A DNA stretch of 16,165 bases, from positions 1-16,165 of the forward strand of contig JANNWY010000069.1 of assembly GCA_031409335.1 (NCBI GenBank), given 5' to 3'. Under the pieces are notes generated by a model. That model had not been told where the DNA came from. It made no database searches and saw only the letters and a program-made list of their open reading frames with translations. Shown in pieces: positions 1 to 7,843 of this stretch. Made by a program: the position numbers and the translations under genes. This DNA comes from Chthoniobacteraceae bacterium. GTDB lineage: Bacteria > Verrucomicrobiota > Verrucomicrobiia > Chthoniobacterales > Chthoniobacteraceae. Positions within the stretch are counted from its first letter, which is position 1, and the number at the start of each line of letters is the position of its first letter.

Positions 1-1
1 A

Positions 2-913
2 TTTAAGGGCGACCAGATCGTGTCGGTGAAGGGGACGGCCTCCGTGCTGAATCCGCGCACGAACGAGCCCGCCACGCCGCGCTTTCTCGGCGGCGAAACT
101 CCACAGATCACGGGCGATCGTGACGAATTGCAGGCACTGGCGGACTGGCTCGCACGCAGCCCGATGTTCGCGCGGATGCAGGTGAATCGCGTGTGGTTTC
201 ATCTGATGGGCCGCGGCCTCGTCGATCCCGTTGACGATTTCCGCGCGAGCAATCCGCCGTCGCATCCCGAACTGCTCGATGCGCTGGCCAGGGATTTTTC
301 CGACAACGGCTACGATCTGCGGCGGCTCATCCGCACGATCATGCAGTCGCGCGTTTACCAGCTTTCCTCGGAGCCGGATGGGACGAATGCGGCGGATGAG
401 ACGAATCACGCGCGCGGTATCATCCGGCGACTCGGCGCGGAGCAGCTCGTCGATAGCATCAACAAAACGCTCGGCGCGGTGCTCGACATCGAGGATTACG
501 CGACCGTCTCCCGCCTCTCGCAAGTGCCCGAGGGCCGCAAACATTACCACCCGATCAAGACCGACATCGACCGCTTCCAGCTCGTCTTTGGCAAACCGCC
601 GCGCCTGATCGCGAGCGAATGCGAACGCACCGACGAACCGACCGTCGGCCAGGCGTTCCAGCTCATCAGCGGCCCGGTGATTCAGGATTTGCTGACGCAA
701 TCGAGCAACCGGCTGAACGCATGGATCGGGTCGGGAAAAACGGACGCGGAGATCGCGGATGAAATGTTTTGGACCGCACTCTCGCGCCCGCCGACGGACG
801 CCGAACGCGCCGGCAGCGCGAAGCATTTGGAATCCGCGACCAACAAACGCGCCGCCGCCGAAGACCTGATGTGGGCGCTCGTCAACTCGAAGGAATTCCT
901 CTTCCGCCGCTGA
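2..913 (+). CDS. DUF1553 (PSD1)-domain protein, typically a DUF1549/DUF1553 fusion; 5'-partial
   Basis: Frame is open from position 2 (TTT AAG GGC GAC CAG ATC GTG), so the gene starts upstream of the window. Carries characteristic DUF1553 motifs: LADWL..FARMQVNRVWFHLMGRGLVDPVDDFRASNPPSHPELLDALA, RRLGAEQLVDSI, CERTDEPTVGQAFQL and C-terminal EDLMWALVNSKEFLF. Confidence 0.88.
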   Translation, partial: FKGDQIVSVKGTASVLNPRTNEPATPRFLGGETPQITGDRDELQALADWLARSPMFARMQVNRVWFHLMGRGLVDPVDDFRASNPPSHPELLDALARDFSDNGYDLRRLIRTIMQSRVYQLSSEPDGTNAADETNHARGIIRRLGAEQLVDSINKTLGAVLDIEDYATVSRLSQVPEGRKHYHPIKTDIDRFQLVFGKPPRLIASECERTDEPTVGQAFQLISGPVIQDLLTQSSNRLNAWIGSGKTDAEIADEMFWTALSRPPTDAERAGSAKHLESATNKRAAAEDLMWALVNSKEFLFRR

Positions 914-914
914 C

Positions 915-1016
915 GCCGAAGGCTCTGGGACTGCTGCGATTCCTTCGCAGCTTTTCCGCCGAGGGAGCGCGCTCCCGAAAGCTGCGAAGGAATCGCCGCA
1001 GTTCAGGGCCTTCGGC
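915..1016. repeat. REP/REPIN-like imperfect inverted repeat (two inverted REP-like units around a central palindrome)
   Basis: Left arm 915-954 GCCGAAGGCTCTGGGACTGCTGCGATTCCTTCGCAGCTTT matches the reverse complement of right arm 978-1016, GCCGAAGGCCCTGAACTGCGGCGATTCCTTCGCAGCTTT. The left arm contains its own hairpin CTGCGA-TTCCT-TCGCAG. The centre 963-976 is the perfect palindrome GGGAGCGCGCTCCC. Confidence 0.85.
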
Positions 1017-1036
1017 CTAAAGCGTCGTCATTGCGA

Positions 1037-1066
1037 TTGCACCGCGCGCGCGCTCCGCGTAACTCT
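1037..1066 (+). promoter_or_regulatory. Possible sigma70-type promoter for trxB
   Basis: TTGCAC (1037-1042), 17 nt, then TAACTC(T) (1060-1066), about 10 nt before ATG 1076. The -10 match is imperfect. Confidence 0.35.
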
Positions 1067-1075
1067 GCGCACCCT

Positions 1076-2002
1076 ATGGAAAAAGTGATCATCGTCGGGA
1101 CCGGCTGTGCTGGTCTGACAGCCGCCATTTACGCTGCCCGCGCCAATCTCACGCCGCTCGTCCTCGAAGGCCACGAGCCCGGTGGGCAACTCAGCACCAC
1201 GACGATGGTGGAGAATTTCCCCGGTTTCAAAGATGGCATCGACGGCCCGGAATTGATCATGAACATGAAGGCGCAGGCCGAGCGTTTCGGCGCGCGTTTT
1301 CAATATGCGACAGTGACGGATTTCGCGCCGAAAGACGGGCACGTGAGCGTGAAGCTCGATGACGATTGGGTGGACACGAAAAGCATCATCGTCGCCAGCG
1401 GCGCGAGTGCGCGGCATCTCGGACTCGATGGCGAGAAAAAGCTGATCGGCCACGGGCTGACCTCGTGCGCGACGTGCGACGGCGCGTTTTATCGCGGCGT
1501 GCCGGTGTGCGTCATCGGCGGCGGCGACTCCGCGGCGGAAGAGGCAACGTTCCTCACGCGCTTCGCATCGAAGGTGTATCTCATCCACCGCCGCGACTCG
1601 CTGCGCGCCTCGAAAATCATGGCCGAGCGCGCCCTTTCAAATCCAAAGATCGAGCCCGTCTGGAACAGCGTGCCGACCGCCTATCTCACCGACGACGCAG
1701 GCGAAATGCGCGCGGTGAAACTCAAGCACGTCATCACTGGCGCAGAGTCGGAGCTGGAGGTGAAATGCGTCTTCGTCGCCATCGGTCACGTCCCGAACAC
1801 CGTTGCCTTCAAAGGCAAACTCGACATGGACGAAAACGGTTACCTTCTCCAGACACACGGAACGCTGACGAACGTCCCCGGAGTTTTCGCCGCGGGCGAT
1901 GTCGCCGATCACGTTTATCGCCAGGCCATCACCGCCGCGGGCCAGGGCTGCGCCGCGGCTTTGGATGCCGAGCGTTACCTCGCGGCGATCGGCGCGGACT
2001 GA
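1076..2002 (+). CDS. trxB: Thioredoxin-disulfide reductase (308 aa)
   Basis: ATG at 1076 gives MEKVIIVGTGCAGLTAAIYAARA (FAD-binding). Also GGQLSTTTMVENFPGF, redox motif CATCDG, NADPH motif GGGDSAAEEA..HRRD and GVFAAGDVADHVYRQAITAAGQGC. The ORF-track TTG start at 1031 is an upstream extension. Confidence 0.97.
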   Translation: MEKVIIVGTGCAGLTAAIYAARANLTPLVLEGHEPGGQLSTTTMVENFPGFKDGIDGPELIMNMKAQAERFGARFQYATVTDFAPKDGHVSVKLDDDWVDTKSIIVASGASARHLGLDGEKKLIGHGLTSCATCDGAFYRGVPVCVIGGGDSAAEEATFLTRFASKVYLIHRRDSLRASKIMAERALSNPKIEPVWNSVPTAYLTDDAGEMRAVKLKHVITGAESELEVKCVFVAIGHVPNTVAFKGKLDMDENGYLLQTHGTLTNVPGVFAAGDVADHVYRQAITAAGQGCAAALDAERYLAAIGAD

Positions 2003-2231
2003 ACGCGCAGTCCTTGAGGTGGAGCTTGCCCTTGATACGTTGCCGGTGCGTCTCGATGTTCTTCGTGCTGACCCCCAAATCCGATGCGATCACGCGGGTT
2101 GATTTGCCTGCGCCGAGCAACTGAAGAACCTGCCGCTCGCGCGGCGAAAGCACCGCGATTTAATCGCCGCTCATCTGAACTGTGCCGTCGGCGATGCGAC
2201 CCAGCAGCAGGGCATTGGTGCGCGGCCCGAC
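2003..2231 (-). pseudogene. Remnant of a NarL/LuxR-family response regulator (linker plus HTH only)
   Basis: Minus frame reads VGPRTNALLLGRIADGTVQMSGD*IAVLSPRERQVLQLLGAGKSTRVIASDLGVSTKNIETHRQRIKGKLHLKD, a LuxR HTH signature. In-frame TAA at 2160-2162, another stop just upstream of 2231, no receiver domain, and the last helix is lost where it meets the trxB stop. Confidence 0.75.
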
Positions 2232-2326
2232 CGATCAGAAATATAAAAGGCGTGCTCAATTCGCATCGCTGCAAGCGGGCAGAAGAATGCCTGCAAGGAC
2301 TGCGGGGGAACTAGAGTTCTGAAGAA

Positions 2327-2938
2327 TCAATTTCCGATATTTTGGGGTAACGGATTCTGCCTGCGGAACAGTAGCCATGCCGCCCCTACTCCGGCGAGGA
2401 ATCCAAAGAGATGGCCCTGCCATGACACTCCCGCGTGGATCGGCAATACACCGAATAGGAGGCCGCCGTATGCGAGTAGGATTGCCACTGCCGCGGCGAG
2501 CCATCGCGCTGATTTCTCGAAGATGCCGCGGGCGAGCAGGAAGCCGAGGTAGCCGAAGATCAGGCCGCTGGCGCCGATGTGATTCGTGTGGGTCCCGGCG
2601 AGGAGCCACACGCCGAGCCCGCCGGCGACGGTGACGATCAAGGTAACCCGCCAGAACATCGCAAGGCCGCCGAGCAGCACGATGCCACCGAGGATAACGA
2701 ATGGCACGGAGTTGGCGAGAAGGTGACCGAAGCCATCGTGCAGAAATGGCGTAAAGAAAATTCCCGCTAGTCCGGCGATGGATCGGGGGCGGATGCCGAA
2801 GCGATCGAAATGGATGAAAGGCAGGAGATCGAGAATCTCCATCGCCCACATGATGCCGAGCAGACTGAGCAGGAGGTTGGCGTGCGCCTTGATCGTGCCG
2901 ATGAGCGACCGGGCGGGAGTGCCTGCGGGATCGGGCAT
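2327..2938 (-). CDS. Rhomboid family intramembrane serine protease (~203 aa)
   Basis: Multi-TM protein with FGIRPR..GIFFTPFLHDGFGHLLANS, catalytic GASG and SWQGHLFG (catalytic His). ATG at 2938 (MPDPAG), 14 bp after the ATPase stop, is preferred over 3028, which overlaps the ATPase gene. Confidence 0.92.
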   Translation of the reverse strand: MPDPAGTPARSLIGTIKAHANLLLSLLGIMWAMEILDLLPFIHFDRFGIRPRSIAGLAGIFFTPFLHDGFGHLLANSVPFVILGGIVLLGGLAMFWRVTLIVTVAGGLGVWLLAGTHTNHIGASGLIFGYLGFLLARGIFEKSARWLAAAVAILLAYGGLLFGVLPIHAGVSWQGHLFGFLAGVGAAWLLFRRQNPLPQNIGN

Positions 2939-2952
2939 CGCGATGCGAAACT

Positions 2953-3801
2953 TTACCCGAGAGCTTCCAGCTCGGCGTGGTCGATGGTGGTGAGCCGCTT
3001 CCGCTTTGCGCCAAGCTGCGGGATGCACTGGATGAGCGCCTTTGTGTAAGCGTGCTGGGGATTGGAAAGGACGGAGCGCGTCGCACCTTCTTCGACGATC
3101 TTTCCGCGAAACATCACGGCCACACGATCGGCGATGCCTTCGATGATGCCAAAGTTATGCGTGATCAAAATGATCGACATATCGAGCCGCTTCTTGAGGT
3201 CTTTGAGCTGGTCGATGATCTGCGCCTGGATGGTGACGTCGAGTGCGGTGGTCGGCTCGTCGGCAATGAGCAGGTCGGGCTGGCAGGAAAGCGCCATCGC
3301 GATCATCGCGCGCTGTTGCATTCCGCCGCTGAGCTGATGCGGGTAGTCGTGCATCCGCTGCGCGGGGTTCACGATGCCGACCATGTCGAGATACTTTACG
3401 ATCTCGGCATCGACATCGGTGACTTCAGGGCGGTGCAGGTGGATGACTTCGGCGATCTGGCTGCGGATGGTGAAGACGGGATTCAGCGAGGTGCTGGGCT
3501 CCTGGAAAATGTAGGCGATTTTGTTCCCGCGAATCGCGCGCAGTTCGCGCGCGGTCATCTTCAAAACGTCGCGCCCTTCCAAAAGAATCTCGCCGGAAAC
3601 GTAGCGCGCCGGAGGCTCGGGGAGCAGCCTCGTGAGCGCAAGTCCCGTCACGCTTTTCCCGCTGCCGCTCTCGCCGACGACCGCGAGGGTTTCACCTTTG
3701 GCGAGTTGCAGGGAAATGTTTTTCACCGCTTCGACGACTCCGTTTTCGGTGTGGAAGTGGATCGTGAGATTGCGGATGTCGAGGAGTGGAGGCGTGGACA
3801 T
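2953..3801 (-). CDS. dppD: Dipeptide/oligopeptide ABC transporter ATP-binding protein (DppD/OppD-like)
   Basis: Walker A GESGSGKS, IFQEP, YPHQLSGGMQQR signature, Walker B LLIADEPTTALDV, ITH switch and C-terminal HAYTKAL (HPY-type) motif. Confidence 0.93.
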   Translation of the reverse strand: MSTPPLLDIRNLTIHFHTENGVVEAVKNISLQLAKGETLAVVGESGSGKSVTGLALTRLLPEPPARYVSGEILLEGRDVLKMTARELRAIRGNKIAYIFQEPSTSLNPVFTIRSQIAEVIHLHRPEVTDVDAEIVKYLDMVGIVNPAQRMHDYPHQLSGGMQQRAMIAMALSCQPDLLIADEPTTALDVTIQAQIIDQLKDLKKRLDMSIILITHNFGIIEGIADRVAVMFRGKIVEEGATRSVLSNPQHAYTKALIQCIPQLGAKRKRLTTIDHAELEALG

Positions 3802-3813
3802 AGGCAGTGGAAT

Positions 3814-4827
3814 TTACCCGCGCTTCGGATCGAACGCGCGGCGGAGGGCGTCGCCAAGAAGATTCAGCGCGAGGACGAGGCCGAACAGCGCGACGGTGGC
3901 GGCGGAGATGTTCCACCAGACGAATGGGTCGCGGCTGAGTTCGGTGCGGCCGGAGTCGATCATCGCGCCCCAGCTCGCGGTGCCGACGGGTGCGCCGACG
4001 CCGAGATAGCTGAGGATGGCTTCGGCGAGGACGATGTTTGAAAAGCCGAGCACGGCGCTGATGAGGACGAGGTGCATCACGTTTGGCAGCAGATGATGGA
4101 TGACGATTTTCCAATGGGTCTGCCCGAGGGCGCGCGCGGCGGCGATGTACGGGCGCTCGCTTTGGCGCATGGTTTCGCCGCGGATGAGACGGCAAAGGCC
4201 GACCCAGCCGGTAATGCCGAGCGCGAGCGCCATCGTGCCCAAGCCTTTTCCCAAGACGAGCAGGATGGCGACGAGGAGGAGGATTTCCGGGATCGAAGCG
4301 AGCGTGCTGTAGATGTATTGGATGACGTCATCGACCCATCTGCGAAAATAGCCGGCGAGGATGCCGAGCAGCGCGCCGAGCGGGATGTAGATCGCGGTGG
4401 TGAGTCCGCCGATGATGAGTGCGGTGCGGCAGGCTTTGAGGGTTTCCACGAACACATCCTTGCCGAGCACATCGGTGCCGAGCAGGTGGCGTCCGACGGT
4501 TTTTTCGTGAAGCGGCGAGGCGAGCAGTTCGTCGGCGAGCGGGGCGCTGTAGGTTTTTTCGGGAGCGATCGAGGCGGTGAGAACGTCGATGATGCTCCGC
4601 GTCGGGCCGCCGCCGTTTGGGACGCGCAGCATTTCGAGCGCGCCGACGAGGAGATAAACGCAGATGATTCCGAGCGCGATGAGGCCGGTGCGATCGCACT
4701 TCAGCCGCACCCATGCGCGCTGCCAGCGTTCGTTTCGCGCGCCTGCGCGGAGGAGGAAAAAGACGAGCGCGAACGATCCGATGACGAGGGCGTTCTGCGT
4801 GAGCCAGTGATTGAAAATGGCGCTCAT
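3814..4827 (-). CDS. dppC: Peptide ABC transporter permease (DppC/OppC-like)
   Basis: HLLGTDVLGKDVF, GILAGYF, EAA-loop YIAAARALGQTHWKIVIHHLLPN, EAILSYLGVG..SWGAMI and NLLGDALRRAFDPK. Confidence 0.92.
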   Translation of the reverse strand: MSAIFNHWLTQNALVIGSFALVFFLLRAGARNERWQRAWVRLKCDRTGLIALGIICVYLLVGALEMLRVPNGGGPTRSIIDVLTASIAPEKTYSAPLADELLASPLHEKTVGRHLLGTDVLGKDVFVETLKACRTALIIGGLTTAIYIPLGALLGILAGYFRRWVDDVIQYIYSTLASIPEILLLVAILLVLGKGLGTMALALGITGWVGLCRLIRGETMRQSERPYIAAARALGQTHWKIVIHHLLPNVMHLVLISAVLGFSNIVLAEAILSYLGVGAPVGTASWGAMIDSGRTELSRDPFVWWNISAATVALFGLVLALNLLGDALRRAFDPKRG

Positions 4828-4831
4828 CCGG

Positions 4832-5773
4832 TCAGGAAAGGCGGATGCGCGGATCGGCCAGCGCGTAGCAGATGTCCGTGAGGATGAGGCCGGTGATGTA
4901 GAGCACCGAGCCGAGGATCACGCTGGCCATGACGACGGGCTGGTCGGCATTTTGGATGGCTTGGACGAGCACGTTGCCGAGGCCGGGAATGCCGAAGAGG
5001 CTTTCGATCAGCAGCGAGCCGAGGACGAGCTTTGGCAGTTGCGCGACGACGAGTGTGATCAGCGCGATGAGGCCATTTTTGAAAACGTGAACGGTCAGGA
5101 TTCTCGTGCCGCTCAGGCCCTTGGCAAGCGCGGTGCGCACGTAGTCTTGCTGAATCTCTTCCAGGAAAATCGCCCGATACAGGCGCGTGTTGTAGCCGAG
5201 ATTGATCATGATGAAGATCGCGACGGGCAGCAGAAGGAAGCGCACCATGCCGAATCCTCCGTAGCTGAATCCGTAGGCCGGAAAGTAACTCAGGCCGAGC
5301 GCGATCACCGCCTGGCCAAAGATGACATACACCATGGTCGGGATACTCATCAGCGCGACCGTCGCGATGGTGAGGCCGCGGTCGAGCGGTGAATCGCGGA
5401 CGAAGACCTGAAAGAGCGCGAGCGCGAGCGATGCGGTGAACGCGGCAAAAAATCCCGGAACGGTGATGAGCAGCGAAGGGCCTGCGCCATTGAGGAAGAT
5501 TTTACGCACCTCGCGCCCGGTTTGCCACGACGTCCCGAAATCGAGCGTCACGGTTTTCTTTACGTAGCGCACAAACTGGGTCGGCATTGGCAGATCGAGC
5601 CCGCGATTGCGAATCCACTCTTCGCGCGTTTTTCCGACCGCTTTGTTGCCCAGCACCCGGCCCGCTTTTTCATTCGGCGTCATCATCACGTTGTCCAAAA
5701 AGAACGTGATGAGGATCACGCCGAAGAGAATCGGTACGGCGTAGAGCAGTCGGCGAACGAGGTAACTAAGCAT
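4832..5773 (-). CDS. dppB: Peptide ABC transporter permease (DppB/OppB-like)
   Basis: MLSYLVRRLLYAVPILFGV, GLDLP..QF, DFGTSW, EAA-loop QDYVRTALAKGL..HVFKN, IESLFGIPGLG and TDICYALADPRIR. The start overlaps the upstream gene's stop by 8 bp. Confidence 0.93.
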   Translation of the reverse strand: MLSYLVRRLLYAVPILFGVILITFFLDNVMMTPNEKAGRVLGNKAVGKTREEWIRNRGLDLPMPTQFVRYVKKTVTLDFGTSWQTGREVRKIFLNGAGPSLLITVPGFFAAFTASLALALFQVFVRDSPLDRGLTIATVALMSIPTMVYVIFGQAVIALGLSYFPAYGFSYGGFGMVRFLLLPVAIFIMINLGYNTRLYRAIFLEEIQQDYVRTALAKGLSGTRILTVHVFKNGLIALITLVVAQLPKLVLGSLLIESLFGIPGLGNVLVQAIQNADQPVVMASVILGSVLYITGLILTDICYALADPRIRLS

Positions 5774-7739
5774 TTTGCTTTCGGTTCCAACGGATCGCGT
5801 AGGCCAGCCCGGCGGCGATCAGCGCGCCAAGGGCAAACAAGGGCCAGAGCACGGGACGGTTCCACTCGCGCCGCAGCCGCGCGCGCAGCACGGGATCGAC
5901 GTAGTGATATTTGTTGAAGCTGCCTTCCATCATCGGGTGGTTGTGCGTCCACTTACCCCACGGCGGCGTGACGACGTAGTAGGCTTTCGAGAATTCAAAA
6001 ATCACCGGGCAATCCTCGGCGAGCATTTCATTCATGCGCTGGATCAGCGCGAGCCGTTCAGGACCGTTTTCCATCACCGCCATTTTCTCGTAAGTGCGGT
6101 CGAATTCGGGGCGGCTGTAGCGGCAGTAGTTTGCGCCAGCGGGCGGAAAATTCTTGCTGTAGAAAAGAAAGAAGTAGTTTTCCGCATCGGGATAGTCGGC
6201 CATCCATCCCGTGCCGCTGCCAATCTGATAACTTCCGCGCTCGAGTCTCTCGACCACGCGCGCGTGGGTGTTTTCGTTCACCTTGATCTTGATCCCGAGC
6301 GCCTCAAAAGCGCGCTGCTGATACTCCGCACGCTGCCGCTGCTCGTTGCTGGAAACAGGTTCTTCGAGCGTGAGTTCCAATTGCTGGCCAGTCTTCGCGT
6401 CGCGCCCGTTCGGGTAGCCAGCCTCGGCTAACAGTTGTTTGGCTTTTTCGAAATCGTAGCCGTTCGGGTTTTTGTAATTCGGATCGTATCCGAAAAGTCC
6501 GCGTGGGAGGAGTTGTTCAGAGACCGGCGCGACGCCGCTGTAGAAAATCTCGCAATATGTCAGCGAATCGTAGGCGCGCGAAAGCGCCTGGCGCAGCTTC
6601 GGGTTCTTGCCGACCACGGGGTCCTCCATGTTGAAGCTCATGAAGAAGGTGCTCGGGGTGCCGCTGAGTTCGAGCGACATCCCACGCTCGCGATATTTCG
6701 GAGTCAGTTCGCGTGAGATCGACATGACCGCGGCGAAGGCATCCTTGTTTGCGGTGATCCCATCCATGTAACCCTGCCGTCCTAGGACAAAGGCCGGGAT
6801 CGTTTCCGGGAGGATCGCGAGTCGGAGTTCATCGTAAAGTGGGAGCGGCTTGCCCGCGAATTGTCGCAGCCATTCCGCTTTTTCCGGCGGGAAGCCGTCG
6901 CTTGGAAATACATTCGTGCGGTAACCTTCGATGCGCTCGTAGCGGATGTGCAGCTTTTCGACGTAGGTCTTCATGCGAAACGGACCGTGGCCCACCGTGT
7001 GAAACTTGATCGATGGCCGCACCTCGCCGTCGTGCTTCAAGCCATCGTAGTATTCCACCGCCTCGCGAGCCATCGGGCTGCAAGTGTGCAACGCGAACCA
7101 ATAAAGTAGCTGCGGGTAGGACCCTTTGAGATGCACGCGAAAGGTGTGCGAGTCGATGACTTCAAAACCCGCGATCGGGGTGGCGTAGTCAAACTTACCG
7201 GTCTTCGCCGTCGCCGCCGCGCGCGCTTCCTCCATGCCCACGACATTCTGCGAAAGCGGTGCGTAGAATGGGGATTCGACCTTTGGATCGGTGATTCGCT
7301 GAAAGGCGTAGAACACGTCACCGGCGACGACTTCGCGCCCTTTGCCTCCGGGAAAACACGGGTCGTCGTGAAACGGAATGTTCCGCTTGAGCTTGCAGAG
7401 GTAGCTCACTTTTCCATCCGCGTGATCCTCGCGTTTGGGGATTTCCTCCAGCATTCCCGGGATCAACTCGAAAGGATCCGTCTTCATCGGATGATAATCG
7501 AGCAGCCGATCATACACCGGCTCCAGCGCGCGCTGGGCAGTCACATCGTAGGCAAATTGCGGATCCAGCGCTTTCGGATCGCCTGGCAGCGCCGCGTAGC
7601 GCACCGCCCACGGCGAGCCATCGGCGCGCGTTTTGTGGTAAGGCGGCGGATTCGGGTCGTTGTCGCAAGCGACCAGCAGCAGGACGAGGCCGACTGCAAA
7701 AATCCGAAATCCGAAATCCGAAATCCGAAACAAATTCAA
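5766..7739 (-). CDS. Peptide ABC transporter substrate-binding lipoprotein (SBP family 5) with an extra C-terminal TM helix; start uncertain (TTG 7739 preferred; alternatives TTG 7733, TTG 7787, ATG 7811)
   Basis: Lipobox LVAC (Cys codon 7667-7665), DPKALDPQ, KLKRNIPFHDDPCF, VGHGPF, NPKLRQALS, AKQLLAEAGYPNG and WMADYPDAENYF. C-terminus is WPLFALGALIAAGLAYAIRWNRKQNA. The 8189 start in the ORF track overlaps the upstream gene and is not credible. Confidence 0.88.
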   Translation of the reverse strand: MNLFRISDFGFRIFAVGLVLLLVACDNDPNPPPYHKTRADGSPWAVRYAALPGDPKALDPQFAYDVTAQRALEPVYDRLLDYHPMKTDPFELIPGMLEEIPKREDHADGKVSYLCKLKRNIPFHDDPCFPGGKGREVVAGDVFYAFQRITDPKVESPFYAPLSQNVVGMEEARAAATAKTGKFDYATPIAGFEVIDSHTFRVHLKGSYPQLLYWFALHTCSPMAREAVEYYDGLKHDGEVRPSIKFHTVGHGPFRMKTYVEKLHIRYERIEGYRTNVFPSDGFPPEKAEWLRQFAGKPLPLYDELRLAILPETIPAFVLGRQGYMDGITANKDAFAAVMSISRELTPKYRERGMSLELSGTPSTFFMSFNMEDPVVGKNPKLRQALSRAYDSLTYCEIFYSGVAPVSEQLLPRGLFGYDPNYKNPNGYDFEKAKQLLAEAGYPNGRDAKTGQQLELTLEEPVSSNEQRQRAEYQQRAFEALGIKIKVNENTHARVVERLERGSYQIGSGTGWMADYPDAENYFFLFYSKNFPPAGANYCRYSRPEFDRTYEKMAVMENGPERLALIQRMNEMLAEDCPVIFEFSKAYYVVTPPWGKWTHNHPMMEGSFNKYHYVDPVLRARLRREWNRPVLWPLFALGALIAAGLAYAIRWNRKQNA

Positions 7740-7838
7740 AACATCGGCAATATGGGAAAACCGACTGCGCGGCGGACGCGCGTTCAAATCCGCTTCTCTG
7801 CTTTCAAGCATTTCGGATTTGTTTCGGATTTCGGATTT
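7700..7838. repeat. Heptamer (AAATCCG)n tandem array forming an inverted-repeat element
   Basis: Four perfect AAATCCG units at 7700-7727. 7714-7735 (AAATCCGAAATCCGAAACAAAT) is the exact 22-bp reverse complement of 7817-7838. Confidence 0.9.
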
Positions 7839-7843
7839 CCGCC

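Noticed and set aside
7700..7838. Repeat arrays at 7700-7838 and 10350-10450 as CRISPR arrays
   Set aside because: Units are 6-7 bp in direct tandem without unique spacers, and there are no cas genes in the window.
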